64,000 bases of DNA from NCBI GenBank assembly GCA_964016885.1, contig OZ024740.1:12958001-13022000 (forward strand), given 5' to 3'. A program made the position numbers and the translations under genes. The notes beneath the pieces are model-generated. The model saw only the letters and a list, made by a program, of their open reading frames with translations. It had not been told where the DNA came from and did no database searches. Shown one piece after another: positions 12,791-26,399 of the stretch (the stretch's first letter is position 1; every line of letters begins with the position of its first letter). This DNA is from Eledone cirrhosa (taxonomy: Eukaryota).

Positions 12791-15700
12791 CTCTAGTCTA
12801 ATGTCTCGTCACTTGTCTAATGTCTCTAGTCTAATGTCTTGTCTCTAGTCTAATGTATCTAGACTAATGTCTTGTCTCTAGTATAATGTCTCGAGTCTAA
12901 TATCTTGTCTCTAGTCAAATGTCTTGTCTCTAGTCTAATGTCTTGTCTCTAGTCTAATGTCTTGTCTCTAGTCTAATGTCTCTAGTCTAATGACTTGTCT
13001 CTAGTCCAATGTCTTGTCTCTAGTCTAATGTCTTGTCTCTAGTCTAATGTCTTGAATCTAGCCTAATGTTTTGTCTCTAGACTAATGTCTCTAGTCTCAT
13101 GTCTTGTCTCTAGTCTAATGTCTCTAGTCTAATGTCTCTAGTCTAATGTCTTGTCTCTAGTCTAATGTCTTGTCCCTAGTCTAATGTCTTGTCCCTAGTC
13201 TAATGTCTTGTCTCTAGTCTAATGTACTGTCTCTAGTCTAATGTCTTGTCTCTAGTCTAATGTCTTGTCTCTAGTCTAATGTCTTGTCTCTAGTCTGATG
13301 TCTTGTCTCTAGTCGAATGTCTTGTCTCTAGTCTAATGTTTGTCTCTAGTCTCATGTCGTGTCTCTAGTCTCATGTCTAGTCTCTAGTCTAACGTTTTAT
13401 CTCTAGTCTAATATCTCTAGTCTAATGTCTTGTCTCTAGTTTCATGTCTTGTCTCTAGTCTAATGTCTTGTCTCTAGTCTTATATCTTGTCTCTAGTCTA
13501 ATGTCTCTAGTTTAATGTCTTGTCTCTAGTCTAATGTCTCTAGTCTAATGTCTTGTCTCTAGTCTAATGTCTTGTCTCTAGTCTATTGTCTCTAGTCGAA
13601 TGTATTGTCTCTAGTCTAATATCTTGTCTCTAGTCTAATATCTTGTCTCTAGTCTAATGTCTTGTCTCTACTCTAGTGTCTCTAGTCTAATGTCTTGTCT
13701 CTAGTCTAATGTCTCTAGTCTAATATCTTGTCTCTAGTCTAATATCTTGTCTCTAGTCTAATGTCTTGTCTCTAGTCTAATGTCTTGTCTCTAGTCTAAT
13801 GTCCCTCGTCTAATGTCTTGTCTCTAGTCTAATGTCTCTAGTCTAATGTCTTGTCTCTAGTCTAATGTCTTGTCTCTAGTCTAATGTCAGTAGTCTAATG
13901 TCTTGTCTCTAGTCTAATATCTTGTCTCTAGCCTAATGTCTCTAGTCTAATGTCTTGTCTCTAGTCTAATGTCTTGTTTCTAATCTAATGTCTCTAGTCT
14001 AATGTCTTGTTTCTAGTGTAATGTCTCTAGTCTAATGTCTTGTCTCTAGTCTAATGTCTTGTCTCTAGTCTAATGTCTTGTCTCTAGTCTAATGTCTTGT
14101 CTCTATTCTAATATCCCTGGTCTAATGTGTTGTCTCTAATCTAATGTCTCTAGTCTTATGTCTTGTTTCTAGTCTAATGTCTCTAGTCTAATGTCTTGTC
14201 TCTAGTCTAATGTCTTGTCTCTAATCTAATGTCTCTAGTCTAATGTCTTGTCTCTAGTCTAATGTCTTGTCTCTAATCTAATGTCTCTAGTCTAATGTCT
14301 TGTGTCTAGTCTAATGTCTTGTCTCTAGTCTAATGTCTCTAGTCTAATGTCTTGTCTCTAGTCTAATGTCTTGTCTCTAATCTAATGTCTCTAGTCTAAT
14401 GTCTCGTCACTTGTCTAATGTCTCTAGTCTAATGTCTTGTCTCTAGTCTAATGTATCTAGACTAATGTCTTTCTCTAGTCTAATGTCTTGTCTCTAGTCT
14501 AACGTCTCTACTCTAATGTCTTGTCTCTAGTCTAATGTCTTGTCTCTAGTCTAATGTCTCCAGTCTAATGGCTTGTCTCTAGACTAATGTCTTGTCTCTA
14601 GTCTAATGTCGTGTCTCTAATCTAATGACTCTAGTCTAATGTCTTATCTCTAGTCTAATGTCTCTAGTCTAATGTCTTGTCTAATCTAATTTCTCTAGTA
14701 TAATGTCTCTAGTCTAATGTCTTGTATCTAGTCTAATGTCTTGTCTCTAGTCTAATGTCTTGTCTCTAGTCTAATGTCTCTAGTCTAATGTCTTGTCTCT
14801 AGTCTAATGTCTTGTCTCTAATCTAATGTCCCTAGGCTAATGTCTTGTTTCTAGTCTAATGTCTCTAGTCTAATATTTTGTCTCTAGTCTAATGTCTTGT
14901 CTCTAGTCTAATGTCTCTAATCTAATGTCTCTAGTCTAATGTCTTATCTCTAGTCTAATGTCTCTAGTCTAGTGTCTTGTCTCTAGCCTAATGTCTTGTC
15001 TCTAGTCTAATGTCTCTAGTCTAATGTTTCTTGTCTAATGTCTCTAGTCTAATGTCTTGTCTCTAGTCTAATGTCTTGTGTCTAGTCTAATGTCTCGTCT
15101 CTAGTCTAATATCTTGTCTCTAGTCTAATATCCCGTCTCTAGTCTAATGTCTCTAGTTTAATGTCTTCTCTCTAGTCTAATGTCTTGTCTCTAGTCTAAT
15201 GTCTCTAGTCTAATGTCTTGTCTCTAGTATAATGTCTTGTCGCTAGTCTAATGTCTCTAGTCTAATATCTTGTCTCTAGTCTAATGTCTTGTCGCTAGTC
15301 TAATGTCTCTAGTCTAATATCTTGTCTCTAGTCTAATGTCTCTAGTCTAATGTCTAGTCTCTAGTCTAATGTCTTGTCTCTAGTCGAATGTCTTGTCTCT
15401 AGTTTAACGTCTTGTCTCTAGTCTCATGTCTTGTCACTAGTCTCATGTCTTGTCTCTAGTCTCATGTCTTGTCACTAGTCTCATGTCTTGTCTCTAGTCT
15501 AACGTTTTGTCTCTAGTCTAATACCCCTAGTCTAATGTCTTGTCTCTAGTCTAATGTCTCTAGTCTAATATCTTGTCTCTAGTCTAATATCTTGTCTCTA
15601 GTCTAATGTCTTGTCTCTAGTCTAATGTCTTGTCTCTAGTCTAATGTCCCTCGTCTAATGTCTTGTCTCTAGTCTAATGTCTCTAGTCTAATGTCTTGTC

Positions 15701-16069
15701 TCTAGTCTAATGTCTTGTCTCTAGTCTAATGTCAGTAGTCTAATGTCTTGTCTCTAGTCTAATATCTTGTCTCTAGCCTAATGTCTCTAGTCTAATGTCT
15801 TGTCTCTAGTCTAATGTCTTGTTTCTAATCTAATGTCTCTAGTCTAATGTCTTGTTTCTAGTGTAATGTCTCTAGTCTAATGTCTTGTCTCTAGTCTAAT
15901 GTCTTGTCTCTAGTCTAATGTCTTGTCTCTATTCTAATATCCCTGGTCTAATGTGTTGTCTCTAATCTAACGTCTCTAGTCTTATGTCTTGTTTCTAGTC
16001 TAATGTCTCTAGTCTAATGTCTTGTCTCTAGTCTAATGTCTTGTCTCTAGTCTAATGTCTCTAGTCTAA

Positions 16070-19000
16070 TGTCTTGTCTCTAGTCTAATGTCTCTAGTCT
16101 AATGTCTTGTCTCTAGTCTAATATCTTGTCTCTAGTCTAATGTCTTGTCTCTAGTCTAATGTCTTGTCTCTAGTCTCATGTCTTGTCACTAGTCTCATGT
16201 CTTGTCTCTAGTCTCATGTCTTGTCACTAGTCTCATGTCTTGTCTCTAGTCTAACGTTTTGTCTCTAGTCTAATACCCCTAGTCTAATGTCTTGTCTCTA
16301 GTCTAATGTCTCTAGTCTAATATCTTGTCTCTAGTCTAATATCTTGTCTCTAGTCTAATGTCTTGTCTCTAGTCTAATGTCTTGTCTCTAGTCTAATGTC
16401 CCTCGTCTAATGTCTTGTCTCTAGTCTAATGTCTCTAGTCTAATGTCTTGTCTCTAGTCTAATGTCTTGTCTCTAGTCTAATGTCAGTAGTCTAATGTCT
16501 TGTCTCTAGTCTAATATCTTGTCTCTAGCCTAATGTCTCTAGTCTAATGTCTTGTCTCTAGTCTAATGTCTTGTTTCTAATCTAATGTCTCTAGTCTAAT
16601 GTCTTGTTTCTAGTGTAATGTCTCTAGTCTAATGTCTTGTCTCTAGTCTAATGTCTTGTCTCTAGTCTAATGTCTTGTCTCTATTCTAATATCCCTGGTC
16701 TAATGTGTTGTCTCTAATCTAACGTCTCTAGTCTTATGTCTTGTTTCTAGTCTAATGTCTCTAGTCTAATGTCTTGTCTCTAGTCTAATGTCTTGTCTCT
16801 AGTCTAATGTCTCTAGTCTAATGTCTTGTCTCTAGTCTAATGTCTTGTCTCTAATCTAATGTCTCTAGTCTAATGTCTTGTGTCTAGTCTAATGTCTTGT
16901 CTCTAGTCTAATGTCTCTAGTCTAATGTCTTGTCTCTAGTCTAATGTCTTGTCTCTAATCTAATGTCTCTAGTCTAATGTCTCGTCACTTGTCTAATGTC
17001 TCTAGTCTAATGTCTTGTCTCTAGTCTAATGTATCTAGACTAATGTCTTTCTCTAGTCTAATGTCTTGTCTCTAGTCTAACGTCTCTACTCTAATGTCTT
17101 GTCTCTAGTCTAATGTCTTGTCTCTAGTCTAATGTCTTGTCTCTAGTCTAATGTCCCTCGTCTAATGTCTTGTCTCTAGTCTAATGTCTCTAGTCTAATG
17201 TCTTGTCTCTAGTCTAATGTCTTGTCTCTAGTCTAATGTCAGTAGTCTAATGTCTTGTCTCTAGTCTAATATCTTGTCTCTAGCCTAATGTCTCTAGTCT
17301 AATGTCTTGTCTCTAGTCTAATGTCTTGTTTCTAATCTAATGTCTCTAGTCTAATGTCTTGTTTCTAGTGTAATGTCTCTAGTCTAATGTCTTGTCTCTA
17401 GTCTAATGTCTTGTCTCTAGTCTAATGTCTTGTCTCTAGTCTAATGTCTTGTCTCTATTCTAATATCCCTGGTCTAATGTGTTGTCTCTAATTTAATGTC
17501 TCTAGTCTTATGTCTTGTTTCTAGTCTAATGTCTCTAGTCTAATGTCTTGTCTCTAGTCTAATGTCTTGTCTCTAGTCTAATGTCTCTAGTCTAATGTCT
17601 TGTCTCTAGTCTAATGTCTTGTCTCTAATCTAATGTCTCTAGTCTAATGTCTTGTGTCTAGTCTAATGTCTTGTCTCTAGTCTAATGTCTCTAGTCTAAT
17701 GTCTTGTCTCTAGTCTAATGTCTTGTCTCTAATCTAATGTCTCTAGTCTAATGTCTCGTCACTTGTCTAATGTCTCTAGTCTAATGTCTTGTCTCTAGTC
17801 TAATGTATCTAGACTAATGTCTTTCTCTAGTCTAATGTCTTGTCTCTAGTCTAACGTCTCTACTCTAATGTCTTGTCTCTAGTCTAATGTCTTGTCTCTA
17901 GTCTAATGTCTCCAGTCTAATGGCTTGTCTCTAGACTAATGTCTTGTCTCTAGTCTAATGTCGTGTCTCTAATCTAATGACTCTAGTCTAATGTCTTATC
18001 TCTAGTCTAATGTCTCTAGTCTAATGTCTTGTCTAATCTAATTTCTCTAGTATAATGTCTCTAGTCTAATGTCTTGTATCTAGTCTAATGTCTTGTCTCT
18101 AGTCTAATGTCTTGTCTCTAGTCTAATGTCTCTAGTCTAATGTCTTGTCTCTAGTCTAATGTCTTGTCTCTAATCTAATGTCCCTAGGCTAATGTCTTGT
18201 TTCTAGTCTAATGTCTCTAGTCTAATATTTTGTCTCTAGTCTAATGTCTTGTCTCTAGTCTAATGTCTCTAATCTAATGTCTCTAGTCTAATGTCTTATC
18301 TCTAGTCTAATGTCTCTAGTCTAGTGTCTTGTCTCTAGCCTAATGTCTTGTCTCTAGTCTAATGTCTCTAGTCTAATGTTTCTTGTCTAATGTCTCTAGT
18401 CTAATGTCTTGTCTCTAGTCTAATGTCTTGTGTCTAGTCTAATGTCTCGTCTCTAGTCTAATATCTTGTCTCTAGTCTAATATCCCGTCTCTAGTCTAAT
18501 GTCTCTAGTTTAATGTCTTCTCTCTAGTCTAATGTCTTGTCTCTAGTCTAATGTCTCTAGTCTAATGTCTTGTCTCTAGTCTAATGTCTTGTCGCTAGTC
18601 TAATGTCTCTAGTCTAATATCTTGTCTCTAGTCTAATGTCTTGTCGCTAGTCTAATGTCTCTAGTCTAATATCTTGTCTCTAGTCTAATGTCTCTAGTCT
18701 AATGTCTAGTCTCTAGTCTAATGTCTTGTCTCTAGTCGAATGTCTTGTCTCTAGTTTAACGTCTTGTCTCTAGTCTCATGTCTTGTCACTAGTCTCATGT
18801 CTTGTCTCTAGTCTCATGTCTTGTCACTAGTCTCATGTCTTGTCTCTAGTCTAACGTTTTGTCTCTAGTCTAATATCTCTAGTCTAATGTCTTGTCTCTA
18901 GTCTAATGTCTCTAGTCTAATGTCTTGTCTCTAGTCTAATATCTTGTCTCTAGTCTAATGTCTTGTCTCTAGTCTAATGTCTTGTCTCTAGTCTCATGTC

Positions 19001-21730
19001 TTGTCACTAGTCTCATGTCTTGTCTCTAGTCTCATGTCTTGTCACTAGTCTCATGTCTTGTCTCTAGTCTAACGTTTTGTCTCTAGTCTAATACCCCTAG
19101 TCTAATGTCTTGTCTCTAGTCTAATGTCTCTAGTCTAATATCTTGTCTCTAGTCTAATATCTTGTCTCTAGTCTAATGTCTTGTCTCTAGTCTAATGTCT
19201 TGTCTCTAGTCTAATGTCCCTCGTCTAATGTCTTGTCTCTAGTCTAATGTCTCTAGTCTAATGTCTTGTCTCTAGTCTAATGTCTTGTCTCTAGTCTAAT
19301 GTCAGTAGTCTAATGTCTTGTCTCTAGTCTAATATCTTGTCTCTAGCCTAATGTCTCTAGTCTAATGTCTTGTCTCTAGTCTAATGTCTTGTTTCTAATC
19401 TAATGTCTCTAGTCTAATGTCTTGTTTCTAGTGTAATGTCTCTAGTCTAATGTCTTGTCTCTAGTCTAATGTCTTGTCTCTAGTCTAATGTCTTGTCTCT
19501 ATTCTAATATCCCTGGTCTAATGTGTTGTCTCTAATCTAACGTCTCTAGTCTTATGTCTTGTTTCTAGTCTAATGTCTCTAGTCAAATGTCTTGTCTCTA
19601 GTCTAATGTCTTGTCTCTAGTCTAATGTCTTGTCTCTAGTCTAATGTCTCTAGTCTAATGTCTTGTCTCTAGTCTAATGTCTTGTCTCTAATCTAATGTC
19701 TCTAGTCTAATGTCTTGTGTCTAGTCTAATGTCTTGTCTCTAGTCTAATGTCTCTAGTCTAATGTCTTGTCTCTAGTCTAATGTCTTGTCTCTAATCTAA
19801 TGTCTCTAGTCTAATGTCTCGTCACTTGTCTAATGTCTCTAGTCTAATGTCTTGTCTCTAGTCTAATGTATCTAGACTAATGTCTTTCTCTAGTCTAATG
19901 TCTTGTCTCTAGTCTAACGTCTCTACTCTAATGTCTTGTCTCTAGTCTAATGTCTTGTCTCTAGTCTAATGTCTTGTCTCTAGTCTAATGTCCCTCGTCT
20001 AATGTCTTGTCTCTAGTCTAATGTCTCTAGTCTAATGTCTTGTCTCTAGTCTAATGTCTTGTCTCTAGTCTAATGTCAGTAGTCTAATGTCTTGTCTCTA
20101 GTCTAATATCTTGTCTCTAGCCTAATGTCTCTAGTCTAATGTCTTGTCTCTAGTCTAATGTCTTGTTTCTAATCTAATGTCTCTAGTCTAATGTCTTGTT
20201 TCTAGTGTAATGTCTCTAGTCTAATGTCTTGTCTCTAGTCTAATGTCTTGTCTCTAGTCTAATGTCTTGTCTCTAGTCTAATGTCTTGTCTCTATTCTAA
20301 TATCCCTGGTCTAATGTGTTGTCTCTAATTTAATGTCTCTAGTCTTATGTCTTGTTTCTAGTCTAATGTCTCTAGTCTAATGTCTTGTCTCTAGTCTAAT
20401 GTCTTGTCTCTAGTCTAATGTCTCTAGTCTAATGTCTTGTCTCTAGTCTAATGTCTTGTCTCTAATCTAATGTCTCTAGTCTAATGTCTTGTGTCTAGTC
20501 TAATGTCTTGTCTCTAGTCTAATGTCTCTAGTCTAATGTCTTGTCTCTAGTCTAATGTCTTGTCTCTAATCTAATGTCTCTAGTCTAATGTCTCGTCACT
20601 TGTCTAATGTCTCTAGTCTAATGTCTTGTCTCTAGTCTAATGTATCTAGACTAATGTCTTTCTCTAGTCTAATGTCTTGTCTCTAGTCTAACGTCTCTAC
20701 TCTAATGTCTTGTCTCTAGTCTAATGTCTTGTCTCTAGTCTAATGTCTCCAGTCTAATGGCTTGTCTCTAGACTAATGTCTTGTCTCTAGTCTAATGTCG
20801 TGTCTCTAATCTAATGACTCTAGTCTAATGTCTTATCTCTAGTCTAATGTCTCTAGTCTAATGTCTTGTCTAATCTAATTTCTCTAGTATAATGTCTCTA
20901 GTCTAATGTCTTGTATCTAGTCTAATGTCTTGTCTCTAGTCTAATGTCTTGTCTCTAGTCTAATGTCTCTAGTCTAATGTCTTGTCTCTAGTCTAATGTC
21001 TTGTCTCTAATCTAATGTCCCTAGGCTAATGTCTTGTTTCTAGTCTAATGTCTCTAGTCTAATATTTTGTCTCTAGTCTAATGTCTTGTCTCTAGTCTAA
21101 TGTCTCTAATCTAATGTCTCTAGTCTAATGTCTTATCTCTAGTCTAATGTCTCTAGTCTAGTGTCTTGTCTCTAGCCTAATGTCTTGTCTCTAGTCTAAT
21201 GTCTCTAGTCTAATGTTTCTTGTCTAATGTCTCTAGTCTAATGTCTTGTCTCTAGTCTAATGTCTTGTGTCTAGTCTAATGTCTCGTCTCTAGTCTAATA
21301 TCTTGTCTCTAGTCTAATATCCCGTCTCTAGTCTAATGTCTCTAGTTTAATGTCTTCTCTCTAGTCTAATGTCTTGTCTCTAGTCTAATGTCTCTAGTCT
21401 AATGTCTTGTCTCTAGTCTAATGTCTTGTCGCTAGTCTAATGTCTCTAGTCTAATATCTTGTCTCTAGTCTAATGTCTTGTCGCTAGTCTAATGTCTCTA
21501 GTCTAATATCTTGTCTCTAGTCTAATGTCTCTAGTCTAATGTCTAGTCTCTAGTCTAATGTCTTGTCTCTAGTCGAATGTCTTGTCTCTAGTTTAACGTC
21601 TTGTCTCTAGTCTCATGTCTTGTCACTAGTCTCATGTCTTGTCTCTAGTCTCATGTCTTGTCACTAGTCTCATGTCTTGTCTCTAGTCTAACGTTTTGTC
21701 TCTAGTCTAATATCTCTAGTCTAATGTCTT
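16070..21730 (+). repeat. Near-identical tandem duplication, period 2818-2837 bp
   Basis: The private variant CTCTAATTTAATG at 17491/20328 has offset 2837. GTCAGTAG at 17238/20075 and 19301/22138 also gives 2837, while 16483/19301 gives 2818. Confidence 0.85.
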
Positions 21731-24700
21731 GTCTCTAGTCTAATGTCTCTAGTCTAATGTCTTGTCTCTAGTCTAATATCTTGTCTCTAGTCTAATGTCT
21801 TGTCTCTAGTCTAATGTCTTGTCTCTAGTCTCATGTCTTGTCACTAGTCTCATGTCTTGTCTCTAGTCTCATGTCTTGTCACTAGTCTCATGTCTTGTCT
21901 CTAGTCTAACGTTTTGTCTCTAGTCTAATACCCCTAGTCTAATGTCTTGTCTCTAGTCTAATGTCTCTAGTCTAATATCTTGTCTCTAGTCTAATATCTT
22001 GTCTCTAGTCTAATGTCTTGTCTCTAGTCTAATGTCTTGTCTCTAGTCTAATGTCCCTCGTCTAATGTCTTGTCTCTAGTCTAATGTCTCTAGTCTAATG
22101 TCTTGTCTCTAGTCTAATGTCTTGTCTCTAGTCTAATGTCAGTAGTCTAATGTCTTGTCTCTAGTCTAATATCTTGTCTCTAGCCTAATGTCTCTAGTCT
22201 AATGTCTTGTCTCTAGTCTAATGTCTTGTTTCTAATCTAATGTCTCTAGTCTAATGTCTTGTTTCTAGTGTAATGTCTCTAGTCCAATGTCTTGTCTCTA
22301 GTCTAATGTCTTGTCTCTAGTCTAATGTCTTGTCTCTATTCTAATATCCCTGGTCTAATGTGTTGTCTCTAATCTAATGTCTCTAGTCTTATGTCTTGTT
22401 TCTAGTCTAATGTCTCTAGTCTAATGTCTTGTCTCTAGTCTAATGTCTTGTCTCTAGTCTAATGTCTTGTCTCTAGTCTAATGTCTCTAGTCTAATGTCT
22501 TGTCTCTAGTCTAATGTCTTGTCTCTAATCTAATGTCTCTAGTCTAATGTCTTGTGTCTAGTCTAATGTCTTGTCTCTAGTCTAATGTCTCTAGTCTAAT
22601 GTCTTGTCTCTAGTCTAATGTCTTGTCTCTAATCTAATGTCTCTAGTCTAATGTCTCGTCACTTGTCTAATGTCTCTAGTCTAATGTCTTGTCTCTAGTC
22701 TAATGTATCTAGACTAATGTCTTTCTCTAGTCTAATGTCTTGTCTCTAGTCTAACGTCTCTACTCTAATGTCTTGTCTCTAGTCTAATGTCTTGTCTCTA
22801 GTCTAATGTCTCCAGTCTAATGGCTTGTCTCTAGACTAATGTCTTGTCTCTAGTCTAATGTCGTGTCTCTAATCTAATGACTCTAGTCTAATGTCTTATC
22901 TCTAGTCTAATGTCTCTAGTCTAATGTCTTGTCTAATCTAATTTCTCTAGTATAATGTCTCTAGTCTAATGTCTTGTATCTAGTCTAATGTCTTGTCTCT
23001 AGTCTAATGTCTTGTCTCTAGTCTAATGTCTCTAGTCTAATGTCTTGTCTCTAGTCTAATGTCTTGTCTCTAATCTAATGTCCCTAGGCTAATGTCTTGT
23101 TTCTAGTCTAATGTCTCTAGTCTAATATTTTGTCTCTAGTCTAATGTCTTGTCTCTAGTCTAATGTCTCTAATCTAATGTCTCTAGTCTAATGTCTTATC
23201 TCTAGTCTAATGTCTCTAGTCTAGTGTCTTGTCTCTAGCCTAATGTCTTGTCTCTAGTCTAATGTCTCTAGTCTAATGTTTCTTGTCTAATGTCTCTAGT
23301 CTAATGTCTTGTCTCTAGTCTAATGTCTTGTGTCTAGTCTAATGTCTCGTCTCTAGTCTAATATCTTGTCTCTAGTCTAATATCCCGTCTCTAGTCTAAT
23401 GTCTCTAGTTTAATGTCTTCTCTCTAGTCTAATGTCTTGTCTCTAGTCTAATGTCTCTAGTCTAATGTCTTGTCTCTAGTCTAATGTCTTGTCGCTAGTC
23501 TAATGTCTCTAGTCTAATATCTTGTCTCTAGTCTAATGTCTTGTCGCTAGTCTAATGTCTCTAGTCTAATATCTTGTCTCTAGTCTAATGTCTCTAGTCT
23601 AATGTCTAGTCTCTAGTCTAATGTCTTGTCTCTAGTCGAATGTCTTGTCTCTAGTTTAACGTCTTGTCTCTAGTCTCATGTCTTGTCACTAGTCTCATGT
23701 CTTGTCTCTAGTCTCATGTCTTGTCACTAGTCTCATGTCTTGTCTCTAGTCTAACGTTTTGTCTCTAGTCTAATATCTCTAGTCTAATGTCTTGTCTCTA
23801 GTCTAATGTCTCTAGTCTAATGTCTTGTCTCTAGTCTAATATCTTGTCTCTAGTCTAATGTCTTGTCTCTAGTCTAATGTCTTGTCTCTAGTCTCATGTC
23901 TTGTCACTAGTCTCATGTCTTGTCTCTAGTCTCATGTCTTGTCACTAGTCTCATGTCTTGTCTCTAGTCTAACGTTTTGTCTCTAGTCTAATACCCCTAG
24001 TCTAATGTCTTGTCTCTAGTCTAATGTCTCTAGTCTAATATCTTGTCTCTAGTCTAATATCTTGTCTCTAGTCTAATGTCTTGTCTCTAGTCTAATGTCT
24101 TGTCTCTAGTCTAATGTCCCTCGTCTAATGTCTTGTCTCTATTCTAATGTCTCTAGTCTAATGTCTTGTCTCTAGTCTAATGTCTTGTCTCTAGTCTAAT
24201 GTCAGTAGTCTAATGTCTTGTCTCTAGTCTAATATCTTGTCTCTAGCCTAATGTCTCTAGTCTAATGTCTTGTCTCTAGTCTAATGTCTTGTTTCTAATC
24301 TAATGTCTCTAGTCTAATGTCTTGTTTCTAGTGTAATGTCTCTAGTCCAATGTCTTGTCTCTAGTCTAATGTCTTGTCTCTAGTCTAATGTCTTGTCTCT
24401 ATTCTAATATCCCTGGTCTAATGTGTTGTCTCTAATCTAATGTCTCTAGTCTTATGTCTTGTTTCTAGTCTAATGTCTCTAGTCTAATGTCTTGTCTCTA
24501 GTCTAATGTCTTGTCTCTAGTCTAATGTCTTGTCTCTAGTCTAATGTCTCTAGTCTAATGTCTTGTCTCTAGTCTAATGTCTTGTCTCTAATCTAATGTC
24601 TCTAGTCTAATGTCTTGTGTCTAGTCTAATGTCTTGTCTCTAGTCTAATGTCTTGTCTCTAGTCTAATGTATCTAGACTAATGTCTTTCTCTAGTCTAAT

Positions 24701-26399
24701 GTCTTGTCTCTAGTCTAACGTCTCTACTCTAATGTCTTGTCTCTAGTCTAATGTCTTGTCTCTAGTCTAATGTCTCCAGTCTAATGGCTTGTCTCTAGAC
24801 TAATGTCTTGTCTCTAGTCTAATGTCGTGTCTCTAATCTAATGACTCTAGTCTAATGTCTTATCTCTAGTCTAATGTCTCTAGTCTAATCTAATTTCTCT
24901 AGTATAATGTCTCTAGTCTAATGTCTTGTATCTAGTCTAATGTCTTGTCTCTAGTCTAATGTCTTGTCTCTAGTCTAATGTCTCTAGTCTAATGTCTTGT
25001 CTCTAGTCCAATGTCTTGTCTCTAATCTAATGTCCCTAGGCTAATGTCTTGTTTCTAGTCTAATGTCTCTAGTCTAATATTTTGTCTCTAGTCTAATGTC
25101 TTGTCTCTAGTCTAATGTTTCTAGTCTAATGTCTCTAGTCTAATGTCTTGTCTCTAGTCTAATGTTTCTAGTCTAATGTCTCTAATCTAATGTCTCTAGT
25201 CTAATGTCTTATCTCTAGTCTAATGTCTCTAGTCTAGTGTCTTGTCTCTAGCCTAATGTCTTGTCTCTAGTCTAATGTCTCTAGTCTAATGTTTCTTGTC
25301 TAATGTCTCTAGTCTAATGTCTTGTCTCTAGTCTAATGTCTTGTGTCTAGTCTAATGTCTCGTCTCTAGTCTAATATCTTGTCTCTAGTCTAATATCCGT
25401 CTCTAGTCTAATGTCTCTAGTTTAATGTCTTCTATCTAGTCTAATGTCTTGTCTCTCGTCTAATGTCTCTAGTCTAATGTCTTGTCTCTAGTCTAATGTC
25501 TTGTCGCTAGTCTAATGTCTCTAGTCTAATATCTTGTCTCTAGTCTAATGTCTTGTCGCTAGTCTAATGTCTCTAGTCTAATATCTTGTCTCTAGTCTAA
25601 TGTCTCTAGTCTAATGTCTAGTCTCTAGTCTAATGTCTTGTCTCTAGTCGAATGTCTTGTCTCTAGTTTAACGTCTTGTCTCTAGTCTCATGTCTTGTCA
25701 CTAGTCTCATGTCTTGTCTCTAGTCTCATGTCTTGTCACTAGTCTCATGTCTTGTCTCTAGTCTAACGTTTTGTCTCTAGTCTAATATCTCTAGTCTAAT
25801 GTCTTGTCTCTAGTCTAATGTCTCTAGTCTAATGTCTTGTCTCTAGTCTAATATCTTGTCTCTAGTCTAATGTCTCTAGTCTAGTATCTTGTCTCTAGTC
25901 TAATGCCTTGTCTCTAGTCTAATGTCTCTAGTCAAATGTCTTATCTCTAGTCTAAAGTCTTGTCTCTAGTCTAATGTCTTGTCTCTAGTCTAATGTATCT
26001 AGACTAATGTCCTGTCTCTAGTCTAATGTCTTGTCTCTAGTCTAATGTATATAGTCTAATGTCTTGTCTCTTGTGTAATGTCTTATCTCTAGTCTAAAGT
26101 CTTGTCTCTAGTCTAATGTCTCTAGTCTAATGTCCCTCGTCTAATGTCTTGTCTCTAGTCTAATGTCTCTAGTCTAATGTCTTGTCTCTAGTCGAATGTC
26201 TTGTCTCTAGTCTAATGTCAGTAGTCTAATGTCTTGTCTCTAGTCTAATATCTTGTCTCTAGCCTAATGTCTCTAGTCTAATGTCTTGTCTCTAGTCTAA
26301 TGTCTTGTTTCTAATCTAATGTCTCTAGTCTAATGTCTTGTTTCTAGTGTAATGTCTCTAGTCTAATGTCTTGTCTCTAGTCTAATGTCTTGTCTCTAG

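Larger units (their letters stand above)
1..13600 (+). repeat. Satellite sub-domain A (boundary approximate)
   Basis: Private variants seen only here: GTTACTAATC...TTTTGGCTAG (~7506, 8214, 11726, 12453), the 9-bp unit AGTCTATCT (~5803, 7456, 8164, 11676, 12403), and GTCTTGTCTAATGTCTAACG (~3009, 5121, 6775, 10975). Confidence 0.7.
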